Position numbers and translations under genes: made by a program
Assembly: GCF_006345805.1 (NCBI RefSeq)
Contig: NC_043017.1
Span: 27,280,001-27,344,000, forward strand
Direction: 5' to 3'
Source of the DNA: Octopus sinensis
Lineage: Eukaryota
DNA length: 64,000 nucleotides
Notes under the pieces: model-generated
The model's database searches: none
Seen by the model: the letters and a program-made list of their open reading frames with translations, nothing else
Told to the model about the DNA's origin: nothing
In this document: positions 25,558-37,997 of the stretch, in pieces
How positions within the stretch are numbered: the first letter of the stretch is position 1
Layout: each line of letters starts with the position of its first letter

Positions 25558-26458
25558 TTGTTTCAGTCATTTTACTGCGGCCATGCTGTAGTGCTGCCTT
25601 TAGGCGACCAAGTCGACCTTAGGGCTTATTCTTTGTAAGCCTAGTATTTATTATATCGGTCTCTTCTGCCGAATCACCAAGTTACGGGCATATAAACACG
25701 CCAGCATCGGTTGTCAAGCGATGGTGGGGGACAACCACAGACACAACCATATACATACTTACATACATACATACATAAATACTTACACAGACACACACGC
25801 ATACATATTATATATATGTATATATATAGGCGCAGGAGTGGCTGTGTGGTAAGTAGCTTGTTTACCAACCACATGGTTCCGAGTTCAGTCCCACTGCGTG
25901 GCACCTTGGGCAAGTGTCTTCTACTATAGCCTCGTGCCAACCAAAGCCTTGTGAGTGGATTTGGTAGACGGAAACTGAAAGAAGCCCGTCGTATATATGT
26001 ATATATATATATGCGTGTGTGTGTTTGTGTGTCTGTGTTTGTCCCCCTAGCATTGCTTGATAACCGATGCTAATGTGTTTATGTCCTCGTTACTTAGTGG
26101 TTCGGCAAAAGAGACCGATATAATAAGTACTGGGCTTACAAAAGAAGTCCGGGGTCGACTTGCTCGATGAAAGGCGGTGCTCTAGCATGGCCGCAGTCAA
26201 AATGACTGAAACAAGTAAAAAAAAAAACATATGTACACAGACACACACAGACATACATATTTTACATATATATATGTATATATATATATGTATATATGAC
26301 GGGCTTCTTTCAGTTTCCGTCTACCAAATCTACTCGCAGGCTTCTGGTCAGCCCGAGGTAATATTAGAATACAATAGCACAAGGTGTCATGCAGCGGGAC
26401 TGTACCCAGAGCCATGTGGTTGGGAAGCAAGCTTCTTACCACACAGCTACGCCTGCGA
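25558..26458. mobile_element. Cluster of three SINE-B pieces: 3' part minus (25558-25745), full plus (25829-26222), 5' part minus (26240-26458)
   Basis: Consensus matches in alternating orientation. Confidence 0.85.
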
Positions 26459-26570
26459 TATATAGATATATATATGTATTTATGTGTTCAGAATGATAGA
26501 ATATATATCACTAGTTATATGCCTTTATTCATACAGGTATATAGACTTACGTATATTCTTATATCTATTT

Positions 26571-26863
26571 AGGCGCGTGGCTTAGTTCTCTGGGTATTCG
26601 GCTCACGAGTGTAAGGTCGTGAGATCAATTCCCGGCGATGCGTTGTGTCTTCAAGCAAGACACTTTATTTCACAATGCTTCAATACATTCAACCGCCAAA
26701 AATGAATTGTACCGGCATTTCAAAAGACCAGCCTTGCCACACGTGTCATGCTGAATCTCCATGGCAACAACATTAAGTGCGCACGTGTTTGTGGCGTGGT
26801 CGGCCACCTGCACGATCTTAGCCACCTGCACGCGCTTAGCCGCTTGCACGAGCAGGCTGTTCC
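26571..26863 (+). mobile_element. SINE with tRNA head + CORE-like domain + SINE-C 3' domain, truncated
   Basis: ggcgcgtggcttag head, tgtgtcttcaagcaagacactttatttcac, then gtcatgctgaatctcc...gcacgagcaggctgttccg shared with SINE-C. Confidence 0.7.
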
Positions 26864-27126
26864 GACGTACATTCGGGCCGAAGATCCTGGACAACTTTCA
26901 GAAGTCTCTAGCATGGCAGTGTTACAGAGGAGCTTTACCCCTTCGGGACAAACTCGCAAGGCATGGTGGCCGAGTCAGTCCGAAATGTCCAAGATGCGAG
27001 CGGGATAGGGAAACCGTCCCGCATGCTAATGTTCATTGATCGGACGTGTCAAAGCTGTGGGTTTATGCCGAACAACTGTTGTCAAGCAATCGAAGAGTAC
27101 AGCTGTCGACTGAGTCTATTGTAAAG
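26864..27126 (+). pseudogene. Tx1/L1-clade LINE ORF2 C-terminal zinc-binding (zf-RVT) fragment
   Basis: RRTFGPKILDNFQKSLAWQCYRGALPLRDKLARHGGRVSPKCPRCERDRETVPHANVH*SDVSKLWVYAEQLLSSNRRVQLSTESIVK. Shows CxxC...ET..HxxxxC with the last Cys mutated to TGA. Confidence 0.85.
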
Positions 27127-27165
27127 GAGTGGATTTGGTAGACGGAAACTGAAAGAAGCCCGTCG

Positions 27166-27212
<47 letters not shown>

Positions 27213-27400
27213 ATGTTTGTGTGTCTTTGTTTGTCCCCACAACATCGCTTGACAACCGATGCTGGTGTGGTTACATCCACGTAACAAAGCGGTTCGGCAA
27301 AGGTTACTGATGGAATAAGTACAAGGCTTGCAAAGAATAAGTCCTGGGGACGATTTGCTGTACTAAAGGCGGTGCTCCAGCATGGCCACAGTCAAATGAG
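27127..27400 (+). mobile_element. 5'-truncated SINE-B fused to the Tx1 fragment
   Basis: Begins gagtggatttggtagacgg immediately after the LINE fragment. Confidence 0.85.
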
Positions 27401-28456
27401 AATAATTGATATGGTTAGAAACGTATGAACGTTTATCTAAAATTTAATAGTGGAATATATTTCATATTCTTCTAAGAAACCTATTTTAATTGAATGATAT
27501 TTGTGAAAAGGAAATTTGTACTCGAAGGTAAATATTTACAACAATAATTTTAGCAAATCTTAAATTAAACTTTTATAAAATGTTTCTTGAAAAAGTTCTC
27601 GAAATTTTAATAATGCATCACTTTTAGATTTCGTATTAAATGATATAGGAGATATTTAATAAAGTGTGTTAAAGAGTAGAAGTGTATGACACCTATATTC
27701 TTATTTATACTCTGAGTATTAATTTTTGATGTTTCGTAAATGAATACGACAGCACTTAAGAAAGTGTGAATGATGTGTGTTGTGTCAAGTGTAAGACAAT
27801 TGGAGAAGCAGAAATTGCTTTAGAAGAAATGTTGTGTTGACTGTTGTAAGTTTAAGGTTAGTGTGTGATGACAAAAGCAATAAAACATTTATTATCAGAA
27901 TATATTACATGTATCGTTTAGAGACGTAATTAATATAGAATGCGTTGCTATGTTTCTGTAGAAATGGTGAGAAAATTTGAATATAGCTTTCAAACTGTAA
28001 GTTGAACATAAACTGTTCATGAAAATGTTATAACAGTTACACACTTGCGTTACTTAACAGCTTGTACTAAACGATATTAATTGTTTAACACAAGTTTCTA
28101 CGAAATAGTTTTGGGAGAAATTAAGAGGTCATCATTATTTGTCTCAGTCTTTTGAATACGGCCATGTTGGGGCAACGCTTTGAAGAGTTTTAGTCAAACT
28201 AGGCACCAGGACTTATTTTTTGAGCCTGCTCGTTGGTGTATCGATCCCCGTTTTTTTTCCGATACGTGGGGGTAAACACACCAAATACTTTATGTTTCGG
28301 TTCTTCTTGGAAAAACGAACCTTATCGAAAATATTTTTAAAAGTTAAGTGTACTAAAAAAGTTCATAATTGTCTCTTACTGGTCTCAACAGAGTCCACGT
28401 GGTGGTGTTTTGTGGCGGGGGGAGGGAGCATAATGGATGTCATGTTGGCTGTAACC

Positions 28457-28730
28457 GAATCTAGTCAAAAGTTTTGAGAAAGATAAACGAATTGCATTTA
28501 AATGGCGGTCTGAAAAATATTTTCTATATCATAAAGACAGAGACGATATAGGCAACCTCTATAGCCACTACTTTTTACAGCTATAGTAGCAAAATAATTA
28601 CTTTGCTGATTATTCTGTACACTGTTAATTAGTCAAAGCGCGCGCGCGCACACACACACACATATATATATATATGCATACACACACATACATAGAAAGA
28701 AGAGAGACGCTCGCACACATGCACACACAC
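28457..28730 (+). repeat. About 270-bp direct duplication; partner at 30341-30604
   Basis: gaatctagtcaaaagttttgagaaag...gagacgctcgcacacatgcac is present twice, 1884 bp apart. Confidence 0.9.
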
Positions 28731-29159
28731 ATATCCGCGCAAATTATTTATCATTGTACTTTCAACTCCAATATCAAAGACGTTAATATCAGAAGGTCAA
28801 TAATTATCTATATCTCTATATAAATATATCTAAGAACCTGTCACGGAGGTTAAAACGATGTGATATGATGTGATATGAAATATACGATAGGATGGAAGAG
28901 AAATAATCCGTAGGTAATAGTGGGAAATGGTGTGTGAAGATTTCAGATCAAACTGAATTTATTCAAATACATATGTAGATTTTTCTGTTATTTTTTCATC
29001 AGAATAACATCAAATGATATTAACTTTTAAAAAGGCGTATATATTACGCGTTGGTTTAAAAGAAGTATATTTGTAAGGATACAAAATGATTCTACAATAT
29101 CTGAGAGAGATCTCACTATGCGTTTTACTTCTTGCTTTCTTTCTCATATGTCCGTATTT

Positions 29160-29334
29160 TTTTTTATTTGTTTTAGTCGTTTGACTGCGGCCATGCTGGA
29201 GCACTGCCTTTAGTCGAGCAAATAGACCCCCAAGACTTATTCTTTTTTAACCCTAGTACTTATTCTACCGCTCAGTTACGGGGACTTAAACACACCAGCA
29301 TCGGTTGTCAAGTGATGTTGGGAGGACAGACACA

Positions 29335-29401
<67 letters not shown>

Positions 29402-29577
29402 TATATATATATACGACGGGCTTCTTTCACTTTCTGTCTACCAAATTCACTCACAAGGCTTTAGTCGGCCCCCGAGGCTATAGTAGAAGACACTTGCCCA
29501 AGGTGCCACGCAGTGTGACTCAACCCGGAACCATGTGGTTGGTAAGCAACCTACTTACCAAACAGCCACTCCTGCGC
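29160..29577 (-). mobile_element. SINE-B
   Basis: Consensus match with a short internal deletion. Confidence 0.88.
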
Positions 29578-31529
29578 AACATCACTTCATAGAAGTTAAT
29601 TAGAGTAATGAAGTGGTTCTTTTATTAATGTGATTAACCGATATGAACTAAACTTATTAAAGGATTTTATTTGTTAATTATCTATAAATAGTGTCATTCG
29701 TTAGGCAGTGAGGTGGCAGGATAGATAGCACAACGAGGGATATGTTTAGCAGCATTTCGTCAGTCTATACCAGGGTTTCTCAACGGGGAAGCATATGGAC
29801 CCATGAGGGTGCACAGGGAAATTTAAGGGATGCAGAGGAAAATTTAGGCTCAACGAAAAATGTTTGCGATAAAAATAATTTTTCTCATTTTGTTATTTTA
29901 CTGATTGTTCAGCCGTCAGCTCACTGGAGTTTTGCATTAAGCGTAGACTAGAAAGTTCCAGCAGTACGTGTGCATTGGCACGCAAGTACGTACGTATTGA
30001 CCACAATTATGGTTGTTTGTTGAGCACGCCCCCACCCCCGACATGGATCAATAACATTGCAGGCTTGCGCATGCGTCACATGGATGCGTAACGTACGTGT
30101 AAAACATACGCGAGACTATACTTTCGGGGTCAGTGTAATAAGTATTAGTTGATCACTAGGATTAATGTAATCGACTGACCCCAAAGCATTGCTGCCTTGT
30201 ACCAAAATTTGAACTCAAATTTTATTATTAGTATCATTCCTAAGGTCGAGAACTGGCAGAGTTTTCAATACTCTGGGAAAATGCAGGGGTAATGTTGCCT
30301 GGTCGAAATGCATTTCGTAATTTCATACATTCTAGTCAAAGAATCTAGTCAAAAGTTTTGAGAAAGATAAACGAATTGCATTTAAATGGCGGTCTGAGAA
30401 ATATTTTATATATCATAAAGACAGAGACGACATAAGTAACCTGTATAGCTACTACTTTTTACAACAATAGTAGCAAAATAATTACTTTGCTGATTGTTCT
30501 GTACACTGTTCTTTAGTGAAAGCGCGCGCACACACATATATATATATATATGCATACACATACATACATAGAAAGAAGAGAGACGCTCGCACACATGCAC
30601 ACATACCGAATTCGACTTTGCTTATCGTCCTTCGGTATCGATAAAATAAGTACATATCGAGAACCACTGTTGATGTAATTGAGTTAACGCATCACCAATA
30701 ACTTCAGGTCATTCATTATAGCCTTTCCTATTCACCGTGAAGTTGTTGATAAAACATGAACTGCAGAGATTATGCAATGCTGGCAATTTTCAACAAGAAC
30801 AAAACTGTCCTATATACGATTACATTAAAACTTCAAATGCTCCAGCATAATGAATAAGCAAAAACTAACATTAAACGCGCATATTCTATGTATCGATATC
30901 TTTGCTCCTCCATTCAAAATTCTAATTACAACAAGTATTATCTAGAAATGTTTATCTCCATAATATTAAGTGACAACAGGGTACAAAACGTGTTCTTAAT
31001 ATATATATTGCTAAATGTACGATTCAAATCTTTAATAGGGCAATAATAAATAGATTCTAGATTGGTGAGATGCAATTTTATTAGCAAGATATTCTCAGAT
31101 GATTGCGAATTTAGAAAGGGGGATTATATTATATTGTAAGTTCTGTTGCTTTAATTCATTTATTGCCATGTCTAGTGAAGATTATACGGATGTATGATGA
31201 GTTCCTAATCATCGATTAAAAGATGATGATTAAAGCGTCCATGAATACTTTAGAAATAAACCAATAGAAACCTAGTAAATAGTAAATTGGAGAATAATGC
31301 ATAACAATGTTAGATGCCATAAATGAAGGCATGAACTAATGTATAACTTTTAGGAATTCAGATAAGTATTACTCTGTGAGTAAATGATATTACTGGTGAA
31401 ATTATTTATTGTATATTATAATATGGTTTTTGAATTACTTATATACTGATATTAACAATATCATGTTCTTATCCACAAAAACAAGTATGATATTCATATT
31501 TACGCTCAGTAAATGAAAATAGTTCTGAT

Positions 31530-31648
31530 ATTCTGTTGTGTCTGGGGAGAGTCATTCTCTTTTTGTGCCTTATTATTTAACACACTCACCGGTAAAATTT
31601 CCACTTATTTCTTATTTTCCTAAAATTTTCGTTGCGTGTTGCAACCGT
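31530..31648. repeat. Short interspersed repeat; inverted partner at 47275-47390
   Basis: ctgttgtgtctgg.gagagtcattctctttt.gtgccttattatttaacacactcaccggtaaaatt is shared. Confidence 0.85.
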
Positions 31649-31680
31649 TTTATGTTGTTAATATGAATAGTGGAAGAATT

Positions 31681-31960
31681 ACCCTTCGGTCATGAAGTGC
31701 CATATTATTGCATAATATTCTCCTCCGAGGCACGAGTGCGGAAAATGTTGTCTACGGAACACCAGCGGTCACCCATGCATGCGAACGTCACCTCTCCATG
31801 ACAGCGACGCTTTCCATGAGAAAGGCAAAGGCCAATACAACTTGGCACCATTGACGTCGCAACTCATTGCTAGAGCTAAATGAACTAGAGCAAAGTGAAA
31901 TCGAACTCAGTACCTAGTGATTGAAAGCCCGACGTTATAACCACTGAGCCATGCACCTTT
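31681..31960 (-). mobile_element. Old SINE-E
   Basis: Homologous to 33148-33473 (gaaaggcaaaggcc, gacgtcgcaac, aaccactgagccatgc). Confidence 0.75.
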
Positions 31961-31988
31961 ACAATATATAAATGGCAGTAAATTAATA

Positions 31989-32389
31989 TATTTCTTTACT
32001 ACCCACAAGGGGCTAAACATAGAGGGGACAAACAAGGGCAGACAAATAGATTAAGTCGATTACATCGACACCAGTGCGAAATTGGTACTTATTTAATCGA
32101 CCCCGAAAGGATGAAAGGCAAAGTCGACCTCGGCGGAATTTGAACTCAGAATGTACCTATTTCTTTACTACCCACAAGGGGCTAAACATAGAGGGGACAA
32201 ACAAGGACAGACAAAGGGATTAAGTCGATTACATCGACACCAGTGCGAAACTGGTACTTAATTTATCGACCCCGAAAGGATGAAAGGCAAAGTCGACCTC
32301 GGCGGAATTTGAACTCAGAACGTAAAGACAGACGAAATACCGCTAAGCATTTCGCCCGGCGCGCTAACGTTTCTGCCCGCTCGCCGCCT
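31989..32389 (-). mobile_element. SINE-A dimer with one 17-bp TSD
   Basis: TSD atggcagtaaattaata at 31972-31988 and 32390-32406; junction gaactcagaatgt|acctatttc near 32154. Confidence 0.92.
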
Positions 32390-33147
32390 ATGGCAGTAAA
32401 TTAATAGCACAGTTAATAAATGTACAATGGTAAGTGCATTTGATACACGTTAAGTTCTGTAAGCAACTGGAAGTAAAGTGCGTTGGTTGGAATAAGATGT
32501 TTAAATTTATAAAGTCTAAATAAGAAATGTGCTTAAGTTGATAAATGTCAGAAGTAAAAAGTTGTCTTGTTAATTCAGGAACAAGAGGTTATGTAATTTA
32601 TCAAACGCTGAAACTCGATTTACAGAGTAATAAGCAATATGTGTTTTTGTTTATTTTTATTCATGAAGATAGTGCGCATGTGCGGTTGCTACAACTGCGT
32701 ATTAGATTTTTAACGTGTTCGTTATATTGCTGATTTGAAATATTGAAGTGTTTTACAAGTAGAAGCAATATGTGGTTAAGACGAAATAAATTTTCAATGT
32801 CAGTGAATATAATTTAATGAATAGCATTTTTAAAACAAACCGTTTAACATAGTTTGAAATCTTTGGAAAAGATGGAAGAAGTGTTAGAGCGCTGGGAGAA
32901 TTTCCAAGCAGAAAATGATCGGCCACTTTACGTTGTGAGTTCAAATCATGCCTTGGCAAATTTTGACTTTCAGTCCTTTGAGGCAGATGATAGAATGTAC
33001 TAGCTAAATTCTGTTGATAATTACATACCAACCGGTTCCCCAAATTTCAGGTGGTGCTCATAGGCTTCTGTACCCTTAACGTAGATCCCAGGGAGATTCA
33101 GCATGACACAGAGTGTGACAAAGCATGTACATATATATATATATATG

Positions 33148-33470
33148 AGACCCTCTTCGGTCATGACTGATTGTACCTATAAATTTGTCCTCCCAGGCAC
33201 AAGTCCGGGTAAGGTTGTTTATGGAAGACCAGCAGTCGCCCATGCATACCAGCCTCCCTGCTCCAAGCCACCTGCGTTATCCGAGAGAAAGGCAAAGGCC
33301 GATATAGCTTGGCACCTGTGACGTCGCAACACATTTCTACAGCTGAGTGAACTGGAGCAACGTGAAATAAAGGGTCTTACTCAAGAACACAACACGCAGC
33401 CAAGTACGGGATTCGAAAATACAACCTCACGATCGTAAGCTCGATGCTGTAACCACTGAGCCATGCGCTT

Positions 33471-33473
<3 letters not shown>
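33148..33473 (-). mobile_element. SINE-E (tRNA head, CORE-like domain, distinct tail)
   Basis: Minus strand gcgcatggctcagtggttacag...tgtgttcttgagtaagaccctttatttcacgttgctccag; a SINE-C domain fragment lies adjacent at 33048-33122. Confidence 0.8.
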
Positions 33474-33513
<40 letters not shown>

Positions 33514-33824
33514 ATAAATATATATATATATATATATATACACATACATAAATATATGTATATATATATATACACATACATAAATATATGTATATAAACA
33601 CGCATATATACATACATATATATATACACTCTCCTTCACACTTCTTAACGTAAACATAACGATATAAGAAATTTGAAAAGCTGAACGCGAAACCGGTCTT
33701 TCTTCAAAAATTATGTTATTGTATGAAAAAATTTATAACATTCTTCAGACATAATGACTCAAATATATATTTTTTAACCTTCTAAAACAAGCCTTCTGTA
33801 GTTTTTTCACTTTTTACTATTTTC

Positions 33825-33873
<49 letters not shown>

Positions 33874-35279
33874 TTAGAGTATTATAATGAATTATTAGTG
33901 TATTATAATAAATTTTTCAGTATTAAATTTTTGTGGCGAGGATGAAGGATCTTAAGGATACATTTTCAGTTAGATTGTTGATTATGATCTAGGAATGATC
34001 AAGATGAACGTGTATATATATATATATAAACTACCGTTCACCTTTATTCTTTCCATAATAAATTTATTTGCTTTAAATGAGGCAACACGAAAATTTAGAA
34101 ACCGAAGATTAAATTCTAAAGGATTTTGAATCGCTACTATTTTTAAAAGAGAGTGAAAGCATATTTTAATATTAGTGTGTGGGATCATGACACTTCACTG
34201 ATAGAAGCTACACATGTGTTTTATTCATCCTTATAGATCTTAGGTATTTATTATATCTATAAAAAAAATATGTTACTTCGGCAAGAAAATACGGAAGCAA
34301 TATTGCTGTTATAGATTATCCCTTTTGACATTCTTCTTTTCTACCTGGCTTGCAATCGATCCACATAGGTACACACAGATGTGTTTCCTACCTACCTACC
34401 TACCTACCTACCTTCACAGTAGGAAAGTAACACACGTGCATTCCTTCAAGTCAAGGTCTCTATATCTATGTAGCGTTGTAATCGATTACGCTAGAATGCA
34501 AAGCACACTTCTTTAGCATCGAACTCTATACATATTCAGTGTCTCATTTAACATATAACAGCAGGTATGCAACTCCTATTAAAATCTGTTTGCCTGCATA
34601 TCATCCAATACCTTTTTTACATGCTTGGTTATACGCATATCAATTTGCGATTGAGTGATGTGCACTTATAAGTGGATGCTGGATTTTTCTTCTCTTCGTC
34701 TGTTATTTGCAATTCTACATGCGCGATGGAGTAGATGTATATATATTTGCATCAACGTGATCGTGTGTCCTTGTATATGAAATCACCTGTTCTTCTTTAA
34801 TCTTCCAGTATTAAAAGTATCAACTAAAACTACGGCACACATGTATATATACACAACGTTTCTCTCTATATTTGTATACATACACACATGTGTATGTGAA
34901 AATATATATAGGTATATATTCATACATGTGTATGTGAAAATATATATAGGTATATATTCACACAATACAAAACTCTTATATAAACGAATGTCCTAATATC
35001 TATATATGTGTGTGTATATACGTTTATTTATGAGATTACTATTATGTATACAACCGAATATAATATCGATTATTTAGCATGATTTTTCCCCTTTCCATCA
35101 CTGCAAAGCAATATTAATTCAAACTAGCATATTATTGCGGAAAAATAGAATATATATGAAGAGATAACATCACAGAAAATATATGTGGGAATCCTCAATG
35201 GACCTTTTTTTTTTTATTCATGCAATGTTTAATATGAAATTGTAAATTCTAACAATTTCATCATCAAAGTTAATGATAA

Positions 35280-35322
35280 TACTATCATCATCGTTTTCAT
35301 CATCACGTCGTCGTCGTCGTCA

Positions 35323-35356
<34 letters not shown>

Positions 35357-35460
35357 TGTAGTAGTAGCAGCAGTAGTAGTAGCAGCAGCAGTAGTAGTAG
35401 CAGCAGTAGTAGTAGTAGCAGCAGTAGTGTTTGTAGTAGTAGTAGTAGTAGTAATGCTAC
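35280..35460. repeat. (TCA)n(GTC)n(GTA/GCA)n trinucleotide tract
   Basis: Visible; gives the poly-Ser/poly-Leu ORFs. Confidence 0.95.
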
Positions 35461-35649
35461 GACTTGGCAGCAATTTTGTCTCGCTGTATAAAAAAACTGA
35501 GTGCCTTCTCTTCCAGCCATATGATCTGAGTTCAAATGCAACCGAGGTAGAATTTTCCTGTCATCCGTGGGAATAGGATTTCAACTCTTTCCCCTCATAC
35601 AAAATGTCTGATCTCCTGTTTTTTTTATTAGAAAGAATTATAAGTAGTA

Positions 35650-36180
35650 TTAATATGGCGGTTGAGCCTGCTGGATCGTTAGAACGCCGGGAGAGAAACG
35701 CTTAGCGGCATTTCGTCCGTCTTCACGTTCTGTGTTCAAATTCCACCGGGGTCTATTATATATTTCTTTATTTATATATGGGGTCTATTATAAGGCGGAG
35801 ATCTGGCAGAGATTTTGCACGCTGGACGAAATGCTCAGCGGTGTTACACCCGTCTCTACGTTCTGAGTTCAAATTTCGCCGAGGTCGACTCTGCTTTTTA
35901 AGGTTATGGGGTCGATAAAACAAGTACCAGTTGAGTACTGGGGTCGATATAATTGACTATCCCCTCCCCCAAATTTTAGGCCTTGTACCTACAGTAGCAA
36001 GGATTATTACAATCATTAAGACTGATGGTTGACGGAATTATAACCGCGTCGGTCAAAATAATTAGCGACATTATTTCGGGCTTTTTACGTACTGAGATCA
36101 ACTTTGCCTTTAGTTCTTAGAAGGTTTATAAAATAATTTACAAGCCAAAACGCCTAAAAGTTGCTGGCCTTGTACCAAAA
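35650..36180 (+). mobile_element. Three successive SINE-A-related copies; the middle one (about 35795-36008) has the A2 tail
   Basis: Repeated acgttctgagttcaaatt blocks; tail tatcccctcccccaaattttaggccttgtacct. Confidence 0.7.
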
Positions 36181-36604
36181 ATTAAAAAGGGAGCAAAATG
36201 GTAACAATCATCGCATGGAATAACAATCTATTTGGCATTTCTCCAGGCGTTTTACATACTGAATCCAAATCTCGTGACTTCCACCCTTTCTGTTTCGATA
36301 AGTTGGGGGACAAATGGGGTACAGAATAACAAAGGTTGGTTACCACAATTGCATGACATTAGGCAGCAATAGATTATTGATTTTATAAACGATTTTCTAT
36401 GCAATTTAAAAATAAAACGGTGGCCAAATATTTTTCAGAATGGAGATTGAATAAAAGATGCAGAATGCAAGATTAACAGCTTCTTCATTATCATCTGGAC
36501 CATCATGAATATTATCACCACAAGAATCATCAACGCCAACAGCGCTGGATCTGGTGACGTTGAAAGCTTCACAACTAAACGCAAGGGACATGTTTCAATA
36601 ATAC

Positions 36605-36838
36605 TTATTTCTTTACTACCCACAAGGGGCTAAACACAGAAGGGACAAACAAAGACAGACAAACCGATTAAGTCGATTACATCGACCCCAGTGCGTAACT
36701 GGTACTTATTTAATCGACCCCGAAAGGATGAAAGGCAAAGTCGACCTCGGCGGAATTTGAACTCAGAACGTAACGGCAGACGAAATACGGCTACGCATTT
36801 CGCCCGGCGTGCTAACGATTCTGCCAGCTCACCGCCTT
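36605..36838 (-). mobile_element. SINE-A single copy
   Basis: Near-consensus; probable diverged TSD tttcaataatac / tttcaacgatac. Confidence 0.9.
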
Positions 36839-37039
36839 TCAACGATACTGTCACTGAAAGGCAACCAGTACTGTCACGATTTGTAACAAACACTGGCAGC
36901 TATGCTAATACAACCAGTTATAAATTTAATAATAGTGTCGCCATCAAAGCCGCCTGCAGCAAAATTCAATGCAGCCACAATGGTATAAAGCCGCCGGTAG
37001 CAATAACACATTTCATTAGTTTTAGCCTCTGGTTGTTTG

Positions 37040-37452
37040 GGATCTTTTCGGGTTGATCGGCAGTTTTTTTCTAGCGGTGTTATATGAAATTGTCACACAT
37101 AATTATAACCCTAGTATCGATCTATTGCATTTTAATCTGTTTCAGGGTCAGGGGTGGGGGGAAGGGTATCTTTTTTTCTTCACAAATGTAAATAAACCCA
37201 ATCTGTTTCTTAAACGAGGGACATATTCATACGGCACAGAATGTTTTCACCTCAATAGACGTCACTGATTGGTTGAAATTGCAGAAATTGAAAAAGAAAA
37301 AAACAACAAATATCTTACAAACTATAGAATTTTCTCAATAAAGCCAAGAGAAAAAGATGTTTTATCAACACATTCTACCAGTATACGAAGTTTAAATTTT
37401 TTTAGTTACCTAGAAAGTATGTTAAAAACTGCCGTTCAAACCGAAAAGATCC
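37040..37452. mobile_element. MITE-like element with about 28-bp TIRs
   Basis: ggatcttttcgggttgatcggcagtttt ... aaaactgccgttcaaaccgaaaagatcc; second copy at 45358-45787. Confidence 0.85.
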
Positions 37453-37997
37453 ATTGTTTGTGTATTAACAATTTCTCCATTTTCTATAAATAATCTTTTC
37501 TTTTTTCTTGTCAAAACAGATCGAGATATCTGTTAGGGAGCAATTTGTGTTAATTATATTGTGAAAGAAAGCGGTGAGCTGACAGAAATATCGAAAAAAA
37601 TGAGAAAAGGCTTATCGGCATTTTTTCCGCTTGTCTGCTTTCTGACATCTAATCCGGGCGAGTTTAGACTGACCTTTCTTCCTTTCGGTGAAGATAAAAT
37701 TTTAGTATCTATCGTGTATTAGACTCGATGCAATCGGCTTTCTATTTCCCTTCAAACTGTTGACCTTATGGCGAAATTAGAAAGCATAGTGATATCATGA
37801 AAGAAGTTGGCATGATGGCAAAACCTTTTTGCGCGTCAGAAAGGAATATGAAGCTTAGCTGCATTTCTTCCAAATTTTAGCGTTCAGAATTCTAATATTG
37901 CCAAATTTGCCTGCCTCCTTCCTGGACCAGGATCATTGTAATCGACTAATGCTGAAATTACTGACTCGCCATATTTATCAAAAGTTTGAAACAATTA

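Noticed and set aside
29771-29900. cagggtttctcaac, resembling a hAT/Charlie TIR
   Set aside because: No matching right TIR or 8-bp TSD was found.
36406-37056. Moderately GC-rich segment flanking a SINE-A that looked exon-like
   Set aside because: After removing the SINE, no long frame is restored on either strand, and no motif was recognised.
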